A stretch of DNA of 64,000 bases from Octopus sinensis (GCF_006345805.1 NC_043022.1:19778001-19842000); one strand, 5' to 3'. Positions 26,216-39,166 are shown, counted from the first letter of the stretch. A program made the numbers and translations. Notes: generated by a model from the sequence alone, not told the origin.

Positions 26216-27485
26216 GTAGCATGGCTTGCTAGCTTAATTCATTCTTACAGGCACAAGGCCTAAATACAGAGAGGACATACAAAGACATACGGGAACAAAA
26301 AACACATGAAAAAATGAATGTAAAATGAATTAAATACAATGAAAATGAGACGGTCATCTCGGAGCAGGTCCGAGATGACCGTCTCATTTTCATTGTAATT
26401 TAATTCATTTTACATTCATTTTTTCATGTGTTTTTTGCTCCGAGATGAAACCGTGAAATCCTTTAAGTTTTTAAATTTTCATTTTAACTAAACATTTTCA
26501 GCCCCGCTCGGAGGCGAAACTGCGATTTCCCTTTTGACTTTCACCATACAATATCAAAACTTTTTTTTAAAAAACGTTCGTTCATATAGTTCCAGAATTT
26601 ACTTATTTCCTTTTTTCCTTCCTTTTTTTTCAACAGTAAGTTTAAGCAAATGTTTTTCACACAGTTTCTAAAGTAAGTCACGAATTTTCGTCCACATTAT
26701 TCACCACCGAGGCGCAGGGTTCGACATCTACCTCCAGCCTCAGTCAGATCAATCTTTTACAATGTCTTTCAATTTTGAAATTCTTTCAAGTTTGGGGTGT
26801 CCTATATTTCACAATAAATTTTCTTTTTGTCTATGTTTTGCGTGTTTTCACTTTTTGTCTCTATATTTCCGCAGTTTTTGGCTTCCACGTGATTGTGTCC
26901 GTGTGTCCGTGTATTTGTGTGTCTGTGTGTTCGTTTGACTGTAATTCTACGTGTTTCGTCTGTGTGTCTATGTCTTTAGGTTTCCGTAATTCTGGGTTGT
27001 CTTGTTTCTGCCCGTTATTACTTGTGTGCATTTGCCTGTTCATGTGTTTAAGTGCCTGCTGGTCTGAATGACTCTGTACTTGTAAGTCCTTTACTGGTGA
27101 TCCTACTGGTAAATCTTCCCCGTTTCTCGTCGTGAGTTGGGTTTCCTCTTCCATTGTTTTGTGCTTCTTTAATCCCACTATCGTCACTGACTTCCTTCTC
27201 TCATCGCTTTTCTTCTTCAGCTCCGAATTAAAAATTGCTGCTATTATCTACTCTGGGTCTATCGACGGTGGGATTCTTCCCATCCTAATTCTAACAACAC
27301 CGTTTCCAGTTGGCCATGTGACACCTTTGCTGGGTGGAGGTGCTTATCTCCCCTCTTTGAAAACATAAGGACACAGAACGCTTGTGTCGCATATCCAACT
27401 GGAAACGGTGTTTCCTGTAGCTAAATAACAGTAGAATTTTCCGTTTCCTGGGACTGCCACATTCAGTTGGCAACAAACCATCACT

Positions 27486-29055
27486 TTATCGTGCAGCTAC
27501 TGTTTAAATTTCTCTAAGATATTGAAATCTATGTTTTCAAAGCGTCGACAGCTAGCAAGGCCACGCCTTTGTTATTTTTTGAAGAATTCTAGCCGATTTT
27601 TTTGTGCGAAGCCGCCATTATTGGGTGGTAGTGAAACAATTGAAAAATTGAAAATTTACGCAGAGGCTACTGGAGGTCGAGTTCCCCTAGACCCACGTGT
27701 GTTGAAGTCGGAGATGATACAGTGGAATGAGAAGCTAATAAACAAATATCATGGTATGGTAAAGAAAGACGGGTCAAATATAAAAATGACCCTGCCAGTG
27801 GAGGAAAAAGGAAAATAGAAAAGAAGACGGTCATATTCAGAACATTTTTGAATGAAAATAGAAGAATGGAACACGCGCCGCAGGAAGAGATAGAAGAAAT
27901 CTTGGAAGAACAAATAGGAGACTATGACGTTCTTTACAAGAGGAAAGATATGTCGATAGTAGTAACCTGTGTATCAGAAGAGGAGGCGATAAAACCCGAC
28001 AACAGGCTGATACAGGAAGAAAAATGGACGTTGATGCTAAACTTTGGGCAAAAGAATTGTTAGAATTAGGGTGGGATGAATCCCACCGTCGATAGACCCA
28101 GAGTAGATAATAGCAGCAATTTTTAATTCGGAGCTGAAGAAGAAAGGCGAAGAGAGAAGGAAGTCACCGATGATAGTGGGATTAAAGAAGCACAAAACAA
28201 TGGAAGAAGAAGCCCAACTCACGACGAGAAACGGGGAAGATTTACCAGTAGGATCACCAGTAAAGGACTTACAAGTACAGAGGCATTCAGACCAGCAGGC
28301 ACTTAAACACATGAACAGGCAAAAGCACACAAGTAATAACGGGCAGAAACAAGACAACCCAGAATTACGGAAACCTAAAGACATAGACACACAGACGAAA
28401 CACGTAGAATTACAGTCAAACGAACATACAGACACACAAATACACGGACACACGGACACAATCACGTGGAAGCCAAAAACTGCGGAAATATAGAGACAAA
28501 AAGTGAAAACACGCAAAACAGACAAAAGGAAAATTTATTGTGAAATATAGGACAGCCCAAACTTGAAAGAATTTCAAAATTGAAAGACATTGTGAAAGAT
28601 TGATCTGACTGAGGCTGGAGGTAGATGTCGAACCCTGCACCTCGGTGGTGAATAATGTGGACGAAAAGGAGACGAAATGGTAAGTCGTGATTTATTTTAG
28701 AAACTGTGTGAAAAATATTTGCTTAAACTTATTGCTAAAAAAAAAAAGGAAATAAGTAAATCCTGGAACTATATGAACGAATATTTTTTAAAAAGTTTTA
28801 AAATTGTATGGTGAAAGTCAAAAGGGAAGTCGCAGCTTCGCCTCCGAGAGGGTCTGGAAATATTTAGTTAAAATGTAAATTTAAAAATGGGTGGGGGGAA
28901 GGAGTTCACGGTTTCATCTCGGAGCAGGACCGAGATGAACATCTCATTTTCATTGTAACTTAATTCATTTTACATTCATTTTTTCATGTGTTTTTTGTTC
29001 CCGTATGTCTTTGTATGTCCTCTCTGTATTTAGGCCTTGTGCCTGTAATAATGAA
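27486..29055 (+). mobile_element. Internally deleted L1/Tx1-like element: ORF1-like region plus 3' end, no RT or endonuclease
   Basis: KKTVIFRTF (about 27820) and IRVG*IPPSIDPE*IIAAIL (about 28065) align by eye with the ORF1 motifs KTVVLRTY and LPLGIEPEWIE seen elsewhere in the window. A T-rich 3' UTR-like end follows. Confidence 0.6.
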
Positions 29056-29077
29056 TTAAGCTAGCAAGCCATGCTAC

Positions 29078-29120
29078 TCCAGAATGATGATAAGCAATGA
29101 CTCTGAAACTAGTCTCTGGG
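29078..29120 (+). ncRNA. Hammerhead family H3 copy with C3>A core mutation
   Basis: TCCAGA-ATGATGA...GAAAC-TA-GTC-TCTGGG. Confidence 0.6.
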
Positions 29121-29305
29121 AGTTGGCTTTGCTGGGTGGAGGTGCTTATCTCCCATGTTTGAAACTATAAGGGCCTGGAAAGCTTGTGTCACGTGGCCAA
29201 CAGGAAACGGTGTTTCATGGGGCTAGAAAGCAGTAATATTTTCTTCTTTCCTGGGACTTCCACATATGTGTGTGTGTGTATACAACGGTTCTAGGGTGAT
29301 AAAAT

Positions 29306-29341
29306 CTTTTACGTTTCGAGCCTAGGCTCTTCAACAGAAAG
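29306..29341 (-). ncRNA. Minimal hammerhead, CUGUUGA variant (H1b)
   Basis: CTTT-CTGTTGA-A-GAGCCTAGGCTC-GAAAC-GTA-AAAG. Confidence 0.65.
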
Positions 29342-29797
29342 GAACACGAGAAAATAAACAGAGGGAGAATAAAAAAAGCTTCAGTGGCTAGCGATCGATC
29401 ATAGCGATGGCTGGACAGAGGTGGACAGATAAGAGAGCTAGGAAGAAGGGGAGATAATAAAATAGTGGTGATCCCAAAACGAAGGTGCGCCTGCGTGTGT
29501 ATTTGAGAGCGAGTGTGTACGTTTGGATTGGGGCTGGTGATCTTGACGTGTGTGTAGGCGTGCGGATGATGGTGTGCGCGCCGAGAAGTGGTCAGTGCTA
29601 GTGTGTGTGATGTGGTGTGGCATGGTGGGTGTGGTATGGTGATGTGTGGTGTGGATGCGAGGAAGTGGTCAATGCTAGTGTGTGCAGGGTGTTGCTATGT
29701 GGTGAAGTGGTTTGGTGATGTATGGTGGTTTGTGTGTTGTGTTGTGGTGTGAAGGTGTGTGAGTAGTATGTGGTTGTGTGGCTGCGGTGTGGTGTTG

Positions 29798-29951
29798 TAC
29801 GACGGGCTTCTTTCAGTTTCCGTCTACCAAATCCACTCACAAGGCTTTGGTCGGCCCGAGGCTATAGTAGAAGACATTTGTCCAAGTGGAACTGAACCCG
29901 GAACCATGTGGTTGGTGAGCAAGCTACTTACCACACAGCCACTCCTGCGCC
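29798..29951 (-). mobile_element. SINE family A 5' half
   Basis: Reverse complement of the family A head and core. Confidence 0.85.
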
Positions 29952-30002
29952 TATACATACATGCATGCATACATACATACATACACACACATATATATAT
30001 AT

Positions 30003-30056
<54 letters not shown>

Positions 30057-30661
30057 ATATAATATATATATATATAATATATATATATATAATATATGTA
30101 TGTATGTATGTATGTAGTATGTATGATCTATATACACGGACACACACGTATGCGTTTAACTGATTCATTATATACGCTGTGTTATTGTCATTATTTGATG
30201 GCTGTTATTCTTTTATATCTGTTTAATCTCCATCATGGTTCACCTACCACATAGTATTACCGGATGCAGCTATGGGAGAACTATGGGCGGGGAGTGGGGC
30301 CTCATCAAGAAACTAGTCATAATCAGTGAGCTGTGAACATTGACAAATACATATATAAAAAAAGATTTTCGTTTTCCTGATGACTGTTTTCGAAGTTTTC
30401 ACCATCGCATCGTTTTTATTCGTTTATACTTTTTTTCATTCCCTCATTCGTTCATTTTCTTATTCTGTTACTAGCTCATTCGGTCATTCACTCATTTATT
30501 CAATGAATTGTTATGATGTGGAACAGTGCAAGTAACTTTGCATTATATATCTGAGCGTGTGAGTATGTGTGTAATATATATATATAATATATATATATAT
30601 ACATATAAATATTTATCTATATATGTGTATGTATATACATGCATATATGTATATATGTATG

Positions 30662-30714
<53 letters not shown>

Positions 30715-30735
30715 GTATATATAAGCATATATCTG

Positions 30736-30767
<32 letters not shown>

Positions 30768-31437
30768 ATATATATAATATATTATATATATATAATGTTT
30801 ATATATGTGTGTGTTTATGTGTACACACATATATATATATATGTATGTATGTATACGTATGTTTGTTTCTCCTGTCGGTTGTACAAGACAAAGGAAAATT
30901 AAATGTAATAACGGATACGGAGATAGAAAGTTGGATTGAAACAGTGTGAAGGACAAAGGAGAGAAGGAGATGAGGAAAGAAAGAGAGGGAGTGCAGGAGA
31001 AAGAGAGAAGTAGGAGGAGAAAGAGAGAAGTAGGAGGAGAAAGAGAGAAATATGATGGATTTGTGATTGGAGCGACTGAAAGAGCGGGATTGAGTGAGGG
31101 AATGATAGAACGAATGGGTAAGAGTGGAGGAGAAAATTGAATAACAAAATCTATAAATTGCACAGAAACACGTATATAAATAGAGATACAGGCCCTTACT
31201 AAAGCATACACATATACATAACAGTGAAATATTTTATTGGTTACCATGAATTGGTATCTGTGAAGTATAATTCTCACAAGAGGACTCTATAAGGCGTAAA
31301 ATAAAGCATAGAGTAATAACATTGTGAAAAGTTTATCGCAAAATTGAAATCTCCAATGAATTCACACATCACAAAATATATGTAGAATACACTTATATAT
31401 GTATGTAAATGTGTATAAGTATGTGTGTATGTATGTA

Positions 31438-31630
31438 TGTAATCTGGTTTGATCCCGTATTCTATCTTGATGTCTCTGCTAATGTAGCTAGAAGCTTTCT
31501 GAAACTACTTAGACAGCTTTGCCCAATAATCCACAGATATAAAAAACTCTTTAATGTCCATAATGTCAAGATTAGCTATTCATGGTTAGATAATATTACT
31601 TCCCATATTGCACACTACAACTGAAAGAAA
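31438..31630 (+). pseudogene. PLE thumb/linker fragment
   Basis: VIWFDPVFYLDVSANVARSFLKLL...HRYKKLFNVHNVKISYSWLDNITSHIAHYN resembles IIWFNPP...N...FL...H...K.FN...VK.SYSC..N....I..HN. Confidence 0.8.
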
Positions 31631-31869
31631 CATGCACCCAGATAGTTCTCAATTCAAAACTCAATGGTTAGCGGTTTAAATCCCACCAACTGTCCACTAA
31701 GAATATCTTCACTCTCAAATGATAGGATCTACTTAACCACTCTAGAATATATAGTTCAGCCGATGATTTGAATGGCAGATTTACACAATAGCTGCATTTC
31801 TTAGGCTGTAGGGACAGAAAAACACCTCTCTGTTCTGTTTTATCTTGAGACTCTGAAACCAACTCTGGA

Positions 31870-32340
31870 TCTCCTTCAGCATCTTAAAGCTTCATTTTAC
31901 ATTACAGTAGCATAATTTTATCCATCAGAAAATATTCTAGAAATTTTTTCATTGATTTTAAGTACATTTTCCAGATTGGCTGAGGGATAATTCTAAGTTT
32001 TTAAATATATTTTCGTTTGACCTTCGAAAATATGTATGTGTTGTAAATATCTGAAGCTGGTTTGAGTATGGTGTATAAAATGTTGATTAGCACTTACAGC
32101 AATCCTAAGAACGAGACTTCTAATGCTTAAATTCTTTCTAAGTATGTCTTATTGAATGCCATTCTTATTACAGGTGAAGATTAGACCGTCGTCTCTATAT
32201 AACCCTAATTTTATGCAGTGAAATTTGGATAGCTGGTTGCCTACCATAAACAATCTTTTCATAGTTCAGATCTGATCACTACCAAAGTAGTCCATAGGGC
32301 TATCAAATAAGCCCGAGCCATTATTCATCACCCAGAAAGA
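31870..32340 (-). pseudogene. PLE reverse transcriptase fragment (absent from the ORF track)
   Basis: Manual translation gives GLFDSPMDYFGSDQI*...LGLYRDDGLIF at about 32175-32320, with stops. Confidence 0.8.
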
Positions 32341-32877
32341 ATCATTGACAGACAAAAGAGAATTTTTCGCTCTGGTGCTTATTTTATTGACCCCGAAAAA
32401 ATGAAAAAATGCCGCTAAGCATTCTGTACTGTGTGCTAACTATTCTGCGAGTTCGCTGTTTTTCTTTGTACCAATAATACAAAGTCTTGGTCGATAAAAT
32501 AAGTACCTGTTGAACACTGGGGTCGATCAAATGGCCTAACCCCTCCCCCATAAATCGCTGGCCTTGTGCCAAAATTTGAATTCAATACAAAGACTTATAA
32601 GAAAACTGATTCCAACTCTTACAAAATACAAGAAACAAAGCAACTGGCCTTGGTCTTTAAGATAAACGACAGAGCTGAACGAATGTTTTGCTGTTAACAC
32701 AGCCACCTCGGATACTTAAAAAGACCATGAACTAATTTTATTGGTGGCCCAAAGTGCAGGTTTATAAAACTACTAAAAGTGGGTTTGTTTAGAATTAACA
32801 ACGTCAGTGTTTCTTCCAGCTGTTGTTTTGAGGATATATTGAAGTAGTTACTCTTCTTTTGTCCCTTTTTGAAGGGC

Positions 32878-32932
<55 letters not shown>

Positions 32933-33475
32933 GTGTGTGTGTGTGTGTATCTGTGTGTGTATGTGTGTGTTTTCCGGGGGTGGGGAACTGTATTGAATAC
33001 CGCTCTGTGCATAGCGAAACTCTGATTTTACCGTCATTAATATCAGAAATAACATTTTTTGTTTCAATTTGATAAAAGTCTTTGTTGTGCACGACAGCAT
33101 ATTTGTATAAATTTCCTTTCTTCCGTTTATGAAACTTTATCTAAAGGCTCTTAAATTTTTTCTTCAAATCCTTGGGAGTGCGAGCTATTCATTGTTATTA
33201 CGCTTATGGCAAGCAGCTTTTGTGGACACCTCAAAAGAAGCAATTTTTAAATAACTGGTACAAAAGATACTTTAAAAATATAGCCCAAAGGACAAAGACA
33301 AGACATTTCTTTACTCAAGTAAAAATGTAGGCGTCTGGAAATCTCAGAAATCGTTTCTTTTCAAAATGAAACAAACAAAAAATCATTTCTTTCATCAAAG
33401 AAATTATACCACAGGTTGCAAACCCGCTACTCTTGGAAAAGCCAAAGAGTTCCAAGAAACCCTGAGATAGGCCAA

Positions 33476-33613
33476 ATAATACTACTACTACTACTACTAA
33501 TAATAATAATAATAATAATAACAACAATAACAATAATAATAATAATGATAATGATAATAATGATAATAATAACAACAACAACAATAATAATAATGATAAC
33601 AACAATAATAATA

Positions 33614-33644
<31 letters not shown>

Positions 33645-33755
33645 TAATAACAACAACAATAATAATAATAATAACAACAATAACAACAATAATAATAATG
33701 ATGATGATGATGATGATGATGATGATAATGATAATAATAATAATAATAATAATAA
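33476..33755. repeat. (AAT)n/(GAT)n compound microsatellite
   Basis: Directly visible; an (ATT)n tract also lies at 33976-34047. Confidence 0.95.
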
Positions 33756-33991
33756 AGTATGTATTTAAAAAATTAATAAATAAATAAATTCATGAATGGA
33801 TGTTGTTTTCACAGCAATAATGCTCTTCTCAGTACATGAACCGTTCCAGTAAACACGATTTTTTGCACTTCCTGTAGGGATGGTAAGCCTGGTATCATTT
33901 TCAAATAGGTTTCAGTACCTTTTTTTTTTATCATTCCTAGAGATCCTACAATCACTGGTACTGTAGTCGCCTTGAGATTATAATTATTATA

Positions 33992-34048
<57 letters not shown>

Positions 34049-34273
34049 ACTAAAACTTTTTATTTATTTATTTGCCACAAAAACGATGGTTGATTGGGAA
34101 AAGTGCAAACATCGGAAATCGGCTTCAGTTTCATGTGGTGTTAGCGATGTCATCTGATTCTGTATTAAAGAGATATTTCTCATATTTGCGCTGCTGCTGT
34201 TGATAGTGACATATTTTATATTGTTTGTAATTTCATCGATCAATCTCATTCTCTTTTCTCCTCTTCCTCCTCC

Positions 34274-34305
<32 letters not shown>

Positions 34306-34623
34306 ACGTCTCTCTCCGTCTCTCAAGTCGCTCGTTCTATTAAACCTGACACATACGCATCGCAACACTGCCTTCACATATTTCTCTTTCTCATATTTTT
34401 CCTCAGGTCATACTCAGCAGTTTATTCAACATAATTGAAATCCTGCATTTTAATAATTGTATTTAAGTATGAAAAAATGTATTTTTAATAATTTCTTTGC
34501 AAATAAAATGAATTACTTCAAGTATTTTATACTTTAGTAGCAAAAAAACAAACAATAAAAGTATATTATAAATATAATGAATATATCGTATATAAAAATA
34601 TATGCATGAATATATAATCTTAA

Positions 34624-34748
34624 GCGCAGGAGTGGCTGTGTGGTAAGAAGCTTGCTTCCCAACCACTTGGTTTCAGGTTCAGTCCCACTGCGTGGCACAT
34701 TGCGCCTTGTGAGTGGATTTGGTATACAGAAACTGAAAAAAGTTCGTC

Positions 34749-34750
<2 letters not shown>
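34624..34750 (+). mobile_element. SINE family A 5' part with internal deletion
   Basis: gcgcaggagtggctgtgtggtaagaagcttgcttcccaacc head. Confidence 0.8.
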
Positions 34751-34793
<43 letters not shown>

Positions 34794-34850
34794 AGAGAGA
34801 TCCTGTCCGTTAGTATGGTTGTTCGTTTATATATATATATAGAGAGAGAG

Positions 34851-34889
<39 letters not shown>

Positions 34890-34929
34890 CAGGATATAGA
34901 TGTAGACATACGCATGTAACCACACATGT

Positions 34930-35030
34930 GCCGTTAACGATTTCTTCTCCACCTTTGGATCTTTCATGTCCTGCTTTCAGACTATGAGCTATGATCGAAA
35001 CGTCAAACTCTCTCTTTTCAACGAGCATCA
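34930..35030 (+). mobile_element. H1 pLTR fragment with decayed hammerhead
   Basis: TTT-CAGACTA-T-GAGC tat GATC-GAAAC-GTC-AAA at 34974-35008. Confidence 0.5.
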
Positions 35031-35154
35031 AGCTCATACATTTCTAGTGCACGTCCTCTCTATATATGTGTGTGTGTATGCATGCATATATATGCAAAAG
35101 ACACATGTTATATATATATAAATACAATCAGTGCGTGTGTTAATTATATTAACA

Positions 35155-35550
35155 TAATGACTCTCCCTAGATACAACACTTGTCTCAACACACGAATTCA
35201 CATAAATAATCTTACAAACCAGATGCAAAAAAACATACCATATATATATATCAAATGAAAGACAGAAGCTGGAGTATACGAGAATTTATATATAAATATT
35301 ACGTTTTTGGATTTGGTTTGCAAGATTCTTTATATGAGTTCGTGTGTTGAAGCATATTCTGTTGCGTCTGGGGAGAGTCATTTTCTTTTTGTGCCTTATA
35401 ATGTAACACACTCACCGGTAAAATTTCCTCTTATTTCTTCTTTTTATTTTCCTAAAATGTTCGTTGCGTCTTGCAACCTTTTCAATAGTCTTGACTCTGT
35501 CCGTTATTATAAAGCACAAAAAGGAAATGGCTCTCCCCAGACACAACAGT
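35155..35550. repeat. Three alternating-orientation copies of a dispersed repeat
   Basis: 35155-35232(+), 35304-35400(-) and 35508-35550(+) share 'aatgactctccccagacacaacag'. A fourth copy lies at 673-762. Confidence 0.7.
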
Positions 35551-35582
35551 ATATATAAATACATATATAAAATTCACACACA

Positions 35583-35625
<43 letters not shown>

Positions 35626-36049
35626 AAAAACTTATACTACAAGTGTGGCTGTGTGGTAAGAAGCTTGCTTCCCAACCATATGATTCCAGATTCATTTCCA
35701 CTAGGTGGCACCTCGGGAAAGGGTCAGTTCCTCTGCTTGCAATATATATCGGATGCAGATTGCATCCAATAACCAGCTAGTGAAGGCGCACTCCTCAGGT
35801 TAAAACGGTTGTAACGTCCGTTCCTACAGAAGAGCCATATTGAAATAATGATAAACCTTACTTCTCCGTATAGTTACTGTTTCATCTCTTATAGAGATTT
35901 TCTTACTGGCTAATATTCATTACCATTTACAAGGAAAAATAGGCTAATGTCTTCGAAGTCACTGCTTGCTAACATTTTTTAAGCGGTTTGCTCATTGCAG
36001 AGATTGACCTTTGACCTTTTCTTGTACCTACAATTTCTCTTTCTTTGCA

Positions 36050-36275
36050 TACTCTTTTACTCTCTCTCTCTCTTTTGCTCTTTTAGTTGTTTCAGTCATT
36101 TGACTATGGCCATGCTGGAGCACCGCCTTTTAGTCGAGCAAATCGACCCCAGGACTTATTCTTTGTAAGTCTAGTACTTATTCTATCGGTCTCTTATGCC
36201 GAACCACTAAGTTACGGGGACGTAAACACACCAGCATCGGTTGTCAAGCGATGTTGGGGGGACAAACACAGACGC
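36050..36275 (-). mobile_element. SINE family A 3' half
   Basis: Reverse complement of the family A tail. Confidence 0.85.
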
Positions 36276-36294
36276 ACACACATACACACCCACA

Positions 36295-36328
<34 letters not shown>

Positions 36329-36459
36329 GCACACACACGCGTACATACACACATGCATACACACACAATCTAATCAATCTAATCTATGTGTGATGTGTGT
36401 ATATATGTATGTATCTCTCTATCTATATATATGGGGAAGTACGTGACGTATATAAATAA

Positions 36460-36838
36460 CTAGCAGTATCGCCCGGCGTTGCTCGGGTTTGTAAGGGAAA
36501 TAGCTATATAAGCATTTTTAGAGATGTAAAGTATAATAGCCATCTCAATATGGCTAACCACAAAGGGAGTGTTACTGTAGCATTTTACGTTCTGAGATTT
36601 AATAATACATTTTTAGAGAGTTATTTCCCTTATATAATAGCAAAAAAATGCATTAAAAATGGTAATTTTTTTTAAAATCGTAGACTCATAGTAGACGCGC
36701 GCTAATACCCAGAAGGGCTCGATATGAATCACGACTATAAGATATCCGCTTTTGGTTACACTGCACCGCAAAATGTGGGAGTAGTTAGGAATCTAAATCG
36801 TAGGAGACAGACACACAACTTCACTTTTATATATAAAT
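36460..36838 (-). mobile_element. Non-autonomous Helitron (3' end shared with 2108-2490, different body)
   Basis: CTAG terminus plus the CCCGAGCAACGCCGGG hairpin on the minus strand. Confidence 0.75.
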
Positions 36839-36849
36839 ATATCTATGTA

Positions 36850-36852
<3 letters not shown>

Positions 36853-36884
<32 letters not shown>

Positions 36885-37198
36885 TAATAATAATAAAATA
36901 ATAATAATAACAATAATAATAATAATAAAATAATAATAGTAACAATAATAATAAAAATAAAATAATAATAATAATAACAATAATAATAAAAATAAAATAA
37001 TAATAATAACAATAATAAAAAATAAAATAATCATAACAATAATAAAAATACTACTACTACTACTACATAATAATAATAATAATAATAATAGTAATAATAA
37101 TAGTAATAATAATAGTAATAATAATAATAATAATAATAATAGTAATAGTAATAATAATAGTAATAATAATAGTAATAATAATAGTAATAATAATAATA

Positions 37199-37234
<36 letters not shown>

Positions 37235-37292
37235 GTAATAGTAATAATAATAGTAATAATAATAGTAATAATAATAGTAATAGTAATAATAT
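36853..37292. repeat. (AAT)n/(AGTAAT)n microsatellite
   Basis: Directly visible. Confidence 0.95.
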
Positions 37293-38727
37293 AGGCAATT
37301 GTGTGTTACATCGTTAACATCGATAAAGACAGATACCAAAGATACCGAGATAATCCAGCAGCCATCAACTGAACGTAACTAAGTCAAAAGAGGCTTTACT
37401 TACTTGACTGACATACTAAGAATTAACTTACATAACGATTCCATTTCTCTTTCTTCAAAGACAACAAAAATGAGACTGCTTCCTAAAGAATACGTCTCTT
37501 TGTAGTTAAGTCTGAATGTCTGGAGTAGAGAATTTACTAAAAATAGTATCTTTAGTTTTCCATCTTATTATGGTATTATGTAGACAATTATAAACATTTT
37601 TCTTTTGCTTGCTTCTATGTTTTGTCTTGTTTTGTTTTGTTTTGTTTTGTTTTGTTTTGTTTTGTTTTGTTTCTTTATCGTTCGTTCATTCCTTTATCTG
37701 TTCTGTTTTTGTTAGTTCTACTTTACTTCCGGTATTACTTCTACGAGACTATGAAGTAGGGTAGCATTAAAAACGAAAAATAAAACGGGGTTTGGAGATT
37801 GCAGAGTGCATTGTTCGGAGAAAATGTACGTGTGTGTGTGTGTGAATGCGTGTTAGTGTGTGTGTGAATGTGTACGCAGATGTATGGAATCATGTATTCA
37901 TGAATATTTATATATATACATAGACAAACACACAAATATAAATACGGACGAATATACACATATATACATACATAGTTGTGCATGTATATATTTGTATATA
38001 TGTATATATATATATATATACATATATATCCACTACATATACATATGAAAACATATATATATATATGCATGTTTGTGTGTGTGTGTGTGTGTGCATGAGT
38101 ATATCTATAATACAACTAGACGTCATTATTTAATTTGCTTTGCGGGAGCAACTGTTATATCGAAAGCGTATATTGTTGTTAAATGCTCGAAATACGAGAG
38201 TAGAAAACAGCCAACAAATGATGAAGGGTGGTTCTTTGTGTTGTCTGTCTTGTTTTCCGTTTGTGCCTTTTGTTGTTCGAAAAAATAGTTCATATTCCAC
38301 GTATTCGTCTTCGTTTATTTTTGTTGTAATGTTTCGGTGACGTCCTGTGCCCACATATGCATATATATATATATATAGATATATATATATATATATATAT
38401 AATATATATATATATACACACACACCTCCAATATATATATATATGTATCTTATATATATATATGTATATTCTATATATATATATATATATATATCTTATA
38501 CGTATAGATATAAGTATGTACATATACGTATGTATATATTATTTATATTATTATATACATACATACATATACACATACATATTATATATATATAATTGCA
38601 ATAAATACATACATAAACAAACACTCACATATATATACACATACAGATATGCCTGTGTTCACACTACATATATATATATATATATATAATATAATATATA
38701 CACACACACATATATATATACTAACAC

Positions 38728-38770
<43 letters not shown>

Positions 38771-39166
38771 GCATACATTCATACATACATATGCATGCAT
38801 ACATTTATACATACATAATGCATGCATACATACAGATAGATAGGCATATGTACATACGCACACACTCACGTACGTACATCGCAATTTTTATTGAAAAGCA
38901 ATACCCTTTGCTATCTCATCGATTTGAACTTGAAATATGACTGTCACTTAAATTCCTGCGACTCCAAACACACGAATGAGAAATTTAAGCCTGGTAGCAA
39001 TTTGAGAATTCGAAATATCAAAGGACGTCACTCTAGAAGGCAATCCATTTACTCTAACTATTATAGCACAGGTGCGACTTGCCTGCCTTCCTCATCGCTT
39101 TCTCTAAGTGAAGTTACTTAAATACATAAGGACTCATTCTTATAATATACACGCACATATATACTC

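Larger units (their letters stand above)
25908..29288. repeat. Large diverged inverted repeat; arms ~25908-27295 and ~28058-29288
   Basis: ORFs 26861-27187(-) and 28170-28493(+) encode nearly identical peptides. Reverse-complement similarity continues to both outer ends. Confidence 0.9.

Noticed and set aside
29056-29072. 'aagctagcaagc' as a reversed match to the putative Tx1 target motif
   Set aside because: It is in the opposite orientation and shares only about 8 nt, so it is probably chance.
30370-30400. CTGATGA matches here and at 46494, 63423, 15939 and 18042
   Set aside because: They lack a properly placed GAAA box and stems, and some are just GAT repeats.
38138-38205. GAGCA...TGCTC-GAAAT stem resembling hammerhead stem II
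   Set aside because: The 5' core box is absent, so it is too degraded to support.
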